A DNA stretch of 64,000 bases from a virus (Duplodnaviria > Caudoviricetes). A program made the position numbers and the translations under genes. Shown one piece after another: positions 34,903 to 45,226 of the stretch (the stretch's first letter is position 1; every line of letters begins with the position of its first letter). The stretch spans positions 39,162 to 103,161 of IMG/VR virus record IMGVR_UViG_3300031853_000010. The stretch is one strand, 5' to 3'. The notes under the pieces are model-generated. The model searched no databases and was not told the DNA's origin. It saw only the letters and a program-made list of their open reading frames with translations.

Positions 34903-35083
34903 TAAAGATATGGTTAAAATGACAGTTGGAAAAGGTGGACAATATGAGGCCCACCTTGATGTCGATGATAAAACAAGTTTTATTATCAAAGACATAATTG
35001 GTATTTGGTTTTTTGACCCAGTAAAACAAAAGTGGATTGATTTTGGATATAAAGGTCCAGTATCTTTGAATTATAAAGGGTGA
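34892..35083 (+). CDS. Hypothetical protein
   Basis: 63-aa ORF with RBS, overlapping the recJ end. Confidence 0.65.
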   Translation: MTSDKDMVKMTVGKGGQYEAHLDVDDKTSFIIKDIIGIWFFDPVKQKWIDFGYKGPVSLNYKG

Positions 35084-35090
35084 AATAAGA

Positions 35091-35477
35091 ATGAAATTAC
35101 TTGTAGCAGGAAGTCGTGACTATTATGATTATGACGAATTTTCAGACATAATGAATTTTATCCATGAAAAGCATAACATAGCTGAAATAGTAAGCGGAGG
35201 TGCCCGTGGAGCGGACACCCTCGCTGAACGCTGGGCAAAAGCAAATAATATCCCAATCAAGATTTTTAAAGCAGACTGGGATACGTATGGAAAATCTGCG
35301 GGCTTCATTCGTAATGCAAATATGCACGGTTACCTCTCTCAATTCGAGAATAGAATGTGCATTTGTTTTTGGGATGGATAGAGTCGCGGCACTGCACAAA
35401 ATTTCAATTTGTGTAAAAATAATAATACCAAATTGATTTGTTATAACTTTAAATTACATAAGGTAGTGGAGGTATAA
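35091..35477 (+). CDS. SLOG/DUF2493 (YspA-like) protein, 1 TAG
   Basis: VAGSRD, VSGGARGAD, ADWDTYGKSAGFIRN, FWDG*SRGT. Confidence 0.85.
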
Positions 35478-35480
35478 GAA

Positions 35481-35684
35481 ATGGGAGAACTTTGTAAAAA
35501 GACTGAGGAATGGAAAGTCAATGACGAAATGGAAGCAAAAGCTCTTATTGAAAAGGCTAAGGCAGATGAAGCTATTGAAGGATATGAACTTAAATCCTAT
35601 AAGATGGTTAAAAAGGATAAGAAGTCTAAGGGCGAAATAATCGACTCTTATGTAATTGTTACTTTAATCAAGAGTTGGGTTTAA
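35481..35684 (+). CDS. Small lysine-rich hypothetical protein
   Basis: GGAGG RBS; 67 aa. Confidence 0.7.
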   Translation: MGELCKKTEEWKVNDEMEAKALIEKAKADEAIEGYELKSYKMVKKDKKSKGEIIDSYVIVTLIKSWV

Positions 35685-35736
35685 TTTATTATAGTTTTTA
35701 ATGATTTTACCCACATATCAATAGAGGTGATGATAA

Positions 35737-36447
35737 ATGGGTTATATTTATTATTGTAAAAATATGATTAACCATAAAGGATATGTGGGTCAAACAACTC
35801 GAAGTCTTGAAGAGAGAAAAAGAGAGCATTTAAGACATCTTGATAGTGAAAATGTAATTTTTCACGCTGCAATTAAAAAATATGGAAAAGAAAACTTCCA
35901 ATGGAGTATTTTAGGAGAATATCTAAATGAGGATTTAGATAAGTATGAAGAATATTGGATTAAAGAAAAGAATACTCATTATCAAGATGGATACGGCTAT
36001 AATATGAATTATGGCGGAGCTACTAATTCTGGAAGCGAGAAAAACAGCAAGAGAATAAAATCCATAAACTTAAAAACAAAAGAAGAGAAAATTTATAAAA
36101 GTATCAATGAAGCAGCAAGGCAATTAGACGTTAACGTTGCTCATATTTCTCGTATTTGTCATGGAGAATCAGGAAACTATTCTTGTAAAGGCTATACTTT
36201 TTGTTTTGTAGATGATAATGATAAAGAGATTCCTACTAATTTCACTGGAGATGTTTCATTAAAACGCAAAGGCATTCCTATTATCGCTATTGACAAAAAT
36301 GGAAAAGAATATATCTTCCCATCATTAAGAAAAGCAATGAAAGAATTAAAAATAGATAGGCACACAATTGCAAAAAGAATTGAGGACGGAAAAGAGTTCA
36401 AAGGATACACTTTTAAAAGAGGGGATTAGATGAATGATGGATTATAA
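35737..36447 (+). CDS. Free-standing GIY-YIG homing endonuclease with NUMOD1/IENR1-like repeats
   Basis: GYIY..GYVGQT..R..EH..E..GYN; YKSINEAARQL and FPSLRKAMKEL; TAG at 36427, TAA at 36445. Confidence 0.85.
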
Positions 36448-36580
36448 AATTGAAATAATGACAGTGCTTGTCAGTTATTTATCTGGTCAAATTGATTATG
36501 ATGAATTGGATAAAAAAATTGATGAAATTTTTTCCAATGCAGTTAACTTAGAATTAAAGAAGAGAGGGGTGACATTATAA
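36434..36580 (+). CDS. Small hypothetical protein (48 aa)
   Basis: MMDYKIEIMTV...; TAATG coupling to the next gene. Confidence 0.5.
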   Translation: MMDYKIEIMTVLVSYLSGQIDYDELDKKIDEIFSNAVNLELKKRGVTL

Positions 36581-37188
36581 TGTTTCATTTAAGTGAGAAT
36601 GGAGAAAAAAATAGATACGTTGTATATGAACCAGAGGACTTTTCAGACCCTGTTGTTGGATATACTGCAATTCAATATTGGATGAGTGAAGTAGGTGAAG
36701 ATTTTTTTGATTATTATGGTCATAGATTTCATTTTAGCAATTTTGTTCGCTTTCTCTATAAACGAAAAGAAATAAGCAAAGAATTACTCACGGAAGCAGT
36801 ATTTGATGATTTTTGTGGAGAGCATCAAGATATTGCCCATGTTATTGAATGTGCAATTAAAGATGATAAAATCGCAGACGATTTATCTACATTAATTACA
36901 GATAAAATTTATCAGCTATTTGCTATATATGTGTCTGAAAGAGCTTATACTAAGCTATATGAAGTTATTACAAACGGTGGTGCACTTTTTACACCATTTT
37001 TGCTTGTAATCAAAGAGGATGACATCAATTATTGGAAAGCGGAATATGATTATCTAACCAAAATTAATTTGATGGAAGAGTTAGCCAATGAAGATGAATA
37101 TAAGGAAAAGGGAATACAAAAAATTTATCCTGATATTGTTCACAATAACAATGTCAGCATTGTTAAAGAGGAGGAGAATGAAGAATGA
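36580..37188 (+). CDS. Hypothetical acidic protein
   Basis: 202-aa ORF with RBS. Confidence 0.7.
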   Translation: MFHLSENGEKNRYVVYEPEDFSDPVVGYTAIQYWMSEVGEDFFDYYGHRFHFSNFVRFLYKRKEISKELLTEAVFDDFCGEHQDIAHVIECAIKDDKIADDLSTLITDKIYQLFAIYVSERAYTKLYEVITNGGALFTPFLLVIKEDDINYWKAEYDYLTKINLMEELANEDEYKEKGIQKIYPDIVHNNNVSIVKEEENEE

Positions 37189-37304
37189 AAATTCATACAG
37201 ATGAAAAAGAAAATTACAAAAAGAAAATTGACAGAATGAAAGAAGATATTGAGCGTCGCAATAAAGAAATTCAGAAAGAGAGAATGAAGAAAAAGAATAA
37301 GTAA
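37185..37304 (+). CDS. Small charged coiled-coil peptide (39 aa)
   Basis: ATGA overlap; MKIHTDEKENYKKKIDRMKEDIERRNKE... Confidence 0.45.
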   Translation: MKIHTDEKENYKKKIDRMKEDIERRNKEIQKERMKKKNK

Positions 37305-37310
37305 TGAACA

Positions 37311-37357
37311 AAAGTCAAGAAGAAATTCTTGACTTTTTTTATATTTTATGGTATAAT
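37311..37357 (+). promoter_or_regulatory. Terminator-like hairpin fused to the sigmaA promoter of dnaE
   Basis: AAAGTCAAGAA/TTCTTGACTTT plus T-tract; TTGACT(37329)-N17-TATAAT(37352). Confidence 0.75.
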
Positions 37358-37439
37358 ATATATATAGAGAAAAGATATAAATAATTATTAAAATTACTGT
37401 CCCTGCATTAAAGGCTCGGCGGCAGAAATGGAGGTAATA

Positions 37440-40400
37440 ATGGATATTAAAACATTAAGAAGATTTGACAATCATTCTCATAGTATGTTTTCAAATTTCA
37501 GACTTATTGACTCAATCAATAGACCAAAAGATATGATACTTAAAGCTCATGAGCTTGGTATGGCAGGAATAGCATTAACAGACCATGAAACTGTTGCTGG
37601 TCATGTTGAGTGGTTAAAAGCTGAAAAGGAATTGAAAAAAGCTGGTAAAATTCCAGAAGACTTTAAATGTGCCTGCGGCAATGAAATATATCTTGTCGAT
37701 GATAGAAATAACATTGAAAAATATTGGCACTATATTCTCATAGCAAAAGATACAATAGGACATAGGGCACTGAGAGAACTAAGCTCAATCGCTTGGTATA
37801 ATGGTTTTAGCTCTCGTGGACTTTATAGAGTTCCAACAGAAAAGAAAGAGTTGGCAGAGATTGTTCAGAAGTATCCTAATTCACTTATTGCGACAACCGC
37901 TTGTCTTGGTGGTGAACTTCCTCATTTTGTTGCTAATCTTATTAAGGCTGAAAAAAGTCAGGATATAAATGAAATAGCAAAATGGAAGATAGCAATTTCT
38001 GAATTTATGAATTGGAATATTAATCTGTTCGGTGACGATTTTTATATTGAGATTGCCGCAGCCAACACTAAAGACCAGATACAGTTCAATGAAAGAGTTG
38101 TGAGCATTGCTAATTTCTATCATAGAAAAATAGTTATTGGTTCAGACGCACATTATCTCACAGAAAAGGAGCGTCCAGTTCATAAGGCTTATCTTAACTC
38201 TAAAGATGGTGAACGTGAGGTAGACGGTTTCTATACATATGCTCATATGATGAACAACGAAGAAGCATTCGAGAATTTAAGTATGAGCTTTACTGAAGAA
38301 GATTTTGCAAAATTCTGTGAAAACTCTATGGAAATTTATGATAAGATTGGAACATATGATATTTTTCACAAGCCAATTATTCCAAGAGTTGATGTAAAGA
38401 ATTATGATAAACACGTTCCAGTAGATATTACAATAATGTATCCAACACTTTATGAGCTTTTCGTAAGTGATAATGTTCAAGAAAGATATTGGGTAAATGA
38501 ATGTTTCAATGCCCTTGAAACAAAAAATCTTGTTAATGCAACTTATCTTAACGCTCTCGAAACAGAAGCAAGAGTTATTAAGGTTGTCGGAGAAAAGCTT
38601 GGCAACTGTCTATATGAATATTTCAATACATTCCAGCACATGATTAACTTATTCTGGGAGTAGGGGTCAATTGTTGGACCTGGACGTGGTTCCGCAGTAT
38701 GCTTCCTTTCAAATTATCTTCTTGGAATAACTCAGCTCGACCCGCTTCATTGGGGACTTAAATACTGGAGATTCTTGAATGAGGAACGTGTAGAACTGCC
38801 TGATATTGATATCGACCTGACCCCGTCAAAACGTGGCGCCGTATTTTCCGCCCTTCGTAAGGAACGTGGAGAGTTAAATGTCATTCAGGTTTGCACTTAT
38901 GGTACAGAAGGAACTCGTTCAGCAATCGCCGCGGCTTGTCGTGGCTATCGTTCAGAACTTTATCCCGAAGGCATCGATGTAGATACTGCACAATATCTTT
39001 CATCACTTATTCCACAAGAGCGTGGTTTCTTATGGTCAATTAAGGATGCTGTTTATGGTAATGAAGAAAAAGAAAGACAACCAATTCAAGCACTTAAAGC
39101 TGAATTGGATAAATATCCTGGTCTTCTTGAAATTATTGAATCAATTGATGGTTTGGTAAATAAGAGAGGACAGCACGCATCTGGTGTTATTCTCTATAAT
39201 GATAGTCCATTTGAAACAGGCGCAATTATGAGAAGTCCTAATGGAGATTTAACAACTCAGTATTCGCTTCACGAGGCAGAGGAACTGGGAGACGTTAAGT
39301 ATGACTTCCTTGTAACTGAAATTTGTGATAAACTTACAATTGCAATTCAACTTCTTCAGAAAGATGGATTAATTGAACCAGACCTCTCATTAAGAGAAGT
39401 ATATAATAAATATCTTCACCCTGATGTCCTTGACCTTAAAAATCAGAAAATTTGGGATGCTCTTAGTAATGGTACTGTTCTTGATGTATTCCAATTTAGC
39501 ACTGGTGTAGGTCTTGCAACTGCTAAAGAAGTTAAGCCACAAAATCCAACTGAAATGCTCAATGCCAATGCCTTGATGAGACTTATGGGTGAGCCTGGCG
39601 AGGAAAGACCTCTTAAAAGATATTGCCGTCTCAAAAAAGATATGAGAGCATGGTATATGGAAGCAGAAGACGCAGGATTGACAAAAGAACAAATTAAAAT
39701 TCTCGAACCATACTATCTCCCTAACTGCGGAGTTCCTTCATCACAAGAAGACATGATGGAAATTTGTATGGATGAAAATATTGCACACTTTAGTCTTTCT
39801 GAAGCAAATGCGACAAGAAAGATAGTTGCAAAGAAGAAAATGGATAAAATTCCAGAACTTCACGAAAAATTTGTAAATGCTTGTCCAACAAAAAAATTTG
39901 GTGAGTATGTATGGAAGACTACTATGGGTCCTCAGATGGGATATTCATTTGCGAAGCCTCATGCTTTAGCTTACTCATTTGTTGGTATTCAGACGCTTTA
40001 TCTTGCAACTACATATTCTGATATTTATTGGAACTGCGCTTGTTTAATCACAAATGCTGGCGGTGCAGAGTTACTTGATGCAGAAGATATGGATACTGAT
40101 GCTGAAGAAATTATTGATATAGATATGGAAGAAACAAATGATGATACGCCGCCAGTCACAAAGAAAAAGAATAAGTCAGTTAACTATGGCAAAATAAGTG
40201 TCGCTCTTGGAAAATCTAAAAAAGCTGGTATTACTGTTTTGCCGCCTGACATAAATAAATCAGACCTTATCTTTAAGCCAGATGCTAAACAAGGAGCAAT
40301 AATATATGGTCTTAAAGGTATTGATAAAATAGGCACAAATCTTGTTTATGAAATAATCGCTAATAGACCTTATAGTTCTCTTGAAGATTTTATGAATAAG

Positions 40401-41402
40401 GTAAAAGTAAATAAGACTCAAATGGTATCACTTATTAAGGCTGGTGCATTTGATAATCTTTATGAAAATAGAGTACATACTATGTTTTCTTATCTTGACC
40501 TTATAGCTGATAAAAAGAAGAGAATTACATTGCAAAATATGACAATGCTGATAAATAAGGGATTACTTCCAGAATTTCTTGAATTTGAAGGTAAGGTTTA
40601 TAACTTTACTAAGTATATAAGAAAATTCAAACAGGGCGATTATTATGCTCTTAATCACGTGGCAATGAGATTTTTCTTAGAAAATTATGACCCAGATAAA
40701 CTTATAGATGTGGTAATCGATGGGGTAGACAATCATGCATTAATTAAACAAACAGTGTGGGATAAGATATATGATAAAGAAATGGACAAGGTAAGAGCCT
40801 GGATGAAAGAAAACCAGACAGAAATACTTAACACTCTTAATAACACACTTTTTGAAGAAATCAGAGAAAAGTATGCTAAAGGTGACATTAACAAATGGGA
40901 TATGGATTCTCTTGGAACATATTGCCATGAACACGAACTTAAAAATCTTAATAAGAAAGCCTATGGTATTGTTGATTTTGAAAAACTTGATAAAGAACCA
41001 ACTATTGCTTCTGAATTTTTAACACAGGACGGCGGCCTAATCAGACTATATGAAATATCAAGAATTTGCGGAACAGTAATTGATAAAGATAAGAATAAGA
41101 GCACAGTCACAATTTTAACTCCAACAATGCAGGTTGTGCCAATCAAAGTGTGGAAGAATCAGTATGCTAAATGGGACAGACAGATAAGTAGAAGAAATCC
41201 AGATGGAACTAAAACAATTGTTGAAAAGAGCTTTTTCGCAAGAGGTAATAAACTTATTATCACAGGCATTCGTCGCGAAGACGATTTCGTTCCAAAGAAA
41301 TATAAGAGCACATCATTCCCATTATTTGAAAAAATAGAAGAAATGGATGATGAAGGCTTTATCTTAAAATCGACAACAGAACGTGCGGAGGTAGAAGAAT
41401 AA
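37440..41402 (+). CDS. dnaE: DNA polymerase III alpha (family C, DnaE-like), 1320 aa, 1 TAG
   Basis: PHP domain HSHS..TDHE; FWE*GSIVGPGRGS; PDIDID; GQHASG; KYDFL; GYSF. Confidence 0.93.
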
Positions 41403-42313
41403 TGGCTACTATAGGATTATACGACATGGACTTCAATCATGGGTCAGGTTTTACTTTAAACCTGTCCCTAATGAAAGCCTATGCAAGATTTACAGAAGAA
41501 GGACATCAAGTAATTATGATGGATGCTTATGAAAAAACAGGAAGATTTAACAAAATTTTCTACTTTAAAGATAATCCATCATTGGTCATTCCAAGAAAAC
41601 TTGTAATTGACCAAGATAAATCAGTTTACTGCGGCTTTGGTTATTATGGCAATACTGGTCTTAGCGAAAAGACAGAAGCTTATACTCCTTCTTTTACCCC
41701 TTATGATTTAATGAAACATAAAATAAGAAATAAAGAATTATATGGTTCAGTAAAGAAAAATAGTTTAATCGATTGGCGAACAAAAGATTTTTCTTTAACA
41801 AAAGGCGATGCAATATATACATATGTAAATGATAGAAATTTTTTACTTGAAGATGATTGGAGAGAATTGTTTCAGCATTATGATAATAAGATTTCTTTCT
41901 TACATACAGTTTCCACTTACTCGATAGAATAGGCAAAAGAATTTAAAGAACTTGCACCCAATATAGCAAAGTCAAGAATACTTGTGCCGCTGACAACAGA
42001 TGCTGAGGCACTTGAAATGTTTGCAGGAAATGACAATTATTGTTTTGATAATCGAGGAGATACAGATGCTCACATTTGTCTTATCATTTTAGCCGCAAAG
42101 ACATTAACTGATAAAAAGATTTCTTTCTTTAATAATGGCACAACAAAATTTCAAAAAGACTTATGCAAATGGGCAAGAGCAGGTCAGGTAAGTTTTAAAG
42201 ACTTTATGGGCAATGATTTTAATGAATCTGATTATATCACTTTTCCAAATAGACTTCTTCTTAAACAAGACCCAAAGAAGATATCATATCAAGAATTAAT
42301 GTTGAATCCTTGA
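41402..42313 (+). CDS. Hypothetical protein resembling a degenerate radical-SAM family protein, 303 aa, 1 TAG
   Basis: IGLYDMD..NLSLMK..GHQV N-terminus; no CxxxCxxC; two track ORFs joined at TAG 41930. Confidence 0.6.
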
Positions 42314-42338
42314 CTTATTTCACATATTATGATATAAT
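42310..42338 (+). promoter_or_regulatory. sigmaA-type promoter
   Basis: TTGACT-N17-TATAAT with extended TG. Confidence 0.75.
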
Positions 42339-42360
42339 ATTAATATAAGGAGGGATAAAT

Positions 42361-42540
42361 ATGGATTTAACGAACTTTACTCTCAATGATTTAAACTTTG
42401 AATTGAACAAGGCAGAAGAGGAACTGAAAAATATTCCAGTTGAAACCTTTACACTCAATCCAAGAATCATTGAATTATCCTGTAAAATAAAAGAATTAAA
42501 GGAAGCGATAGCAGCTAAGGAGGAAAATAAGAATGAGTAA
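42361..42540 (+). CDS. Small coiled-coil hypothetical protein (59 aa)
   Basis: AAGGAGG RBS; MDLTNFTLNDL...FTLNPRI. Confidence 0.65.
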   Translation: MDLTNFTLNDLNFELNKAEEELKNIPVETFTLNPRIIELSCKIKELKEAIAAKEENKNE

Positions 42541-43285
42541 TCAGCCCATTTCAATTAATATCTATGATGAAAATGGTAAGATAAAACCAGAGGACGAATT
42601 CATGAAAGAGCTTCAAAAAGCATATAAAGCTCTTAAACAGGAAGATGAAGATAATGCTCCACAGTTCTTTGATTTATTTGCTGACCCAGAAAATTAGTTT
42701 GAACCTTAGAGCATTCTTACACAGTATCAGTTTATTGAAAGAAAGCTCTATCTTAATCAGGAAATAGCGCCAGAGATTGGCAGAAGATTTCTTGAACGTA
42801 TTCAGTTTTGGAATGCAGAAGACGAATTTAATAAAACTCCAATTGATGAAAGAATACCAATTCAGATTTACATTGATTGCCCTGGTGGATGCCTTACAAC
42901 TTCATTACTTATCTTAGATGCTATAAAAATGTCAAAGACTCCTGTATACACAATCGTTACAGGTAAAGCATATAGCGGCGGTTTCTTCATTGCCATTGCG
43001 GCAGATAAGAGAATGGCTTATCCAAATGCTACTTTTCTTTTCCATGAAGGTTCTGCTATAATGGAGGGAGATGCTCATAAAGTTAGCCAGCAGGCTGAAT
43101 TCTATAAGAGATATCAGCTTAAACAGCTTAAAAATCACGTCATCTCTTCAACCGATATTAATCAGAAAAATTACAAGGAACATATTAAGGATGACTGGTA
43201 TTTTGGTGTAAAGAAAGCACTTGAACTCAAAGTTATTGATGAAATATGTAAAGATGTAAATGGAGGTATATACAATGAAGAATGA
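42533..43285 (+). CDS. clpP: ClpP-like serine protease, 250 aa, 2 TAG
   Basis: RKLYLN, IYIDCPGG, GKAYSGG (Ser), FLFHEG (His), DWYF..ALELKVIDEI. Confidence 0.85.
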
Positions 43286-44087
43286 AAAGTTTGAACAGTT
43301 TTTCGGCGGAACCGCAAATAAGGATAGCCTTGACCAGTTTATGGCTTTTCTTGAAATGGACGATGCAGAATTCGATGCTATCTGGCCCATGTTTAAGGAA
43401 AGTTTCAAACAGATGATTCGTTCAGAAAAGTTCCAAGCGGAACAAAGAGAATCTCTCCTTTCTGTTCCTGATGTGAGCGTAGACCAGATAAATGCAGAGA
43501 AGGAGTTCTACGGAGAAATTCTTAGTGAAATAAAAGAAGACCCGACTCTTTCTGATAGTAAAAAGGAATACCTCGAACTGTTTTTTAATAGTATCGTGAG
43601 TGTCCATGAGGACCTTATTAAGACTAATAGAATATCTGTTGACGTTAAAATTGTAAAGTTAAATAAAGATGCTACTATTCCAGAGTATGCACATCCAACA
43701 GACGCAGGCTGTGATGTCTTTGCTGTTGAGGAAACCAAAATTGAACCAGGGGAAACAAAAATTGTTAAAACTGGTATTGCCGTTGCCATTCCCGCTGGCT
43801 ATGAAATTCAGGTAAGACCTCGCTCAGGTCTAAGTCTTAAATCTAAGTTAAGAATCGCAAATGCTCCTGGCACAATCGATTCTGACTATCGCGGCGAAAT
43901 AGGAATTATCATGACTAACACTGGTGATATTCCCTATGTTATCGATAAGAATATGAAAATTGCTCAGCTCGTTATTGCTCCAACTCCTATGATTAAATGG
44001 AATGTAGTTAAATCATTGGAAGAGCTGGGAACTACCGAACGTGGCGAAGGTGGTTTTGGAAGTACAGACACTACTAAGCAGGACTGA
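43275..44087 (+). CDS. dut: Trimeric dUTPase with a ~120-aa acidic N-terminal extension
   Basis: DAGCD, RPRSG, GTIDSDYRGEI, AQL, RGEGGFGST. Confidence 0.92.
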   Translation: MKNEKFEQFFGGTANKDSLDQFMAFLEMDDAEFDAIWPMFKESFKQMIRSEKFQAEQRESLLSVPDVSVDQINAEKEFYGEILSEIKEDPTLSDSKKEYLELFFNSIVSVHEDLIKTNRISVDVKIVKLNKDATIPEYAHPTDAGCDVFAVEETKIEPGETKIVKTGIAVAIPAGYEIQVRPRSGLSLKSKLRIANAPGTIDSDYRGEIGIIMTNTGDIPYVIDKNMKIAQLVIAPTPMIKWNVVKSLEELGTTERGEGGFGSTDTTKQD

Positions 44088-44092
44088 TTTGA

Positions 44093-44812
44093 GTGTCAAA
44101 ACTTAAATATGAAGATGTAAAAACAGAAGTTGAAGCAGCGGGTTGGAAATTACTTTCCAACTCGTATGTTAACTTAAAAACTCAAATGGATTTTCAGTGT
44201 CCTAATGGTCATGAAAATTATTTTACTTTTGATTATTGGCGCCGCCACAGAGAATGCCCAATATGTAAAAGTAATAGATATTATAGAATGAATGATTCTG
44301 CTCCTAAAAGTAAAGGATTTAGAATCCTTGCTTTTGACCAAGCAAGCGGCACTTCTGGCTGGGCTGTTTATGATGATTAGGAATTAATCAAATATGGTGC
44401 TTGGACATCTGATGGAAACCATAGCACTGAAAAAATTATGAAAACAAAGAATTGGGTTGCCAACATGATACAAATGTGGAAGCCTGACCTTGTAATTTTT
44501 GAAGATATACAGTTGCAAAAGACAGAGCGTGGAGAAGAGCAGGTTCTTACTTTTAAAAAACTTGCCCATTTACAAGGTGTATTGAAGAATTACTGCTATG
44601 AAAATGGCTATATCTTCAAGATTGTGCCGCCAGCCACATGGAGAGCACATAGCCAAGTAAAAGGCACTAATCGAACAGATAAAAAGAAAAGTGCTTAGCT
44701 CATTGTTAAAAAGTTATATGATATGAATGTCACCCAAGATGAAGCTGACGCTATCCTTATTGGACGATGGGCGGCACATGATAGAAAACAAAATATTATG
44801 ATACAGTTTTAA
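44093..44812 (+). CDS. RuvC-like Holliday junction resolvase with N-terminal Zn-finger module, 239 aa, 2 TAG
   Basis: CPNGH..CPIC; ILAFDQASGTSGW; VIFEDI; PATWR; DEADAILIG. Confidence 0.85.
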
Positions 44813-44850
44813 TAAAAAACCCTTCTCATTTGAGAAGGGTTTATTTTTTT
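44813..44850. terminator. Bidirectional terminator at the convergence of replication and tail modules
   Basis: AAAAAACCCTTCTCA-TT-TGAGAAGGGTTTATTTTTTT. Confidence 0.85.
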
Positions 44851-45226
44851 ATTTAATTAGTGGGATTAGCAATTCAAGTTGTCCGAGTGATAAATTTAAT
44901 GGTTCAAGTTCATCAAGTGAAAAGTATATGTCTGGTAATTGAACTCGACGATATTTTAGTTCCATTAACTTAATGCCGAACTCTGCTATTTCGCCGTCTT
45001 TTATTTTTACGCCGCCGTCCTCTGATGTGATAAATTTACCATTCTCATCTACTTCGGCATAGCGTTTGAGCAAGAGGAACTCTTGCTCTTGTATGAGTTC
45101 CTCTTCCTCTTTGATTATCTTTGCTATTTTAAGAAATTTATACTGGGTATTTATATCAAATACCTTATCCTTTATACTCTCTAAAAGCTATGATAGCTTT
45201 TTTACTTCTGATGTAGTGTAAATCAT
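44849..45226 (-). CDS. Tail-associated small protein (DUF1617-like), 125 aa, 1 TAG
   Basis: KRYAEVDENGK..GGVKIK; TAATG coupling with the upstream tail gene. Confidence 0.7.

Noticed and set aside
37395-37427. GC-rich leader upstream of dnaE as a riboswitch or operator
   Set aside because: Only weak pairing and no recognisable family; it contains a GCGGC motif already covered in the findings.
37440-41402. Split dnaE (also nrdD, dnaB, recJ) via intein or intron
   Set aside because: The gap regions translate in frame into conserved motifs (e.g. GPGRGS); no intein or intron sequence is present.
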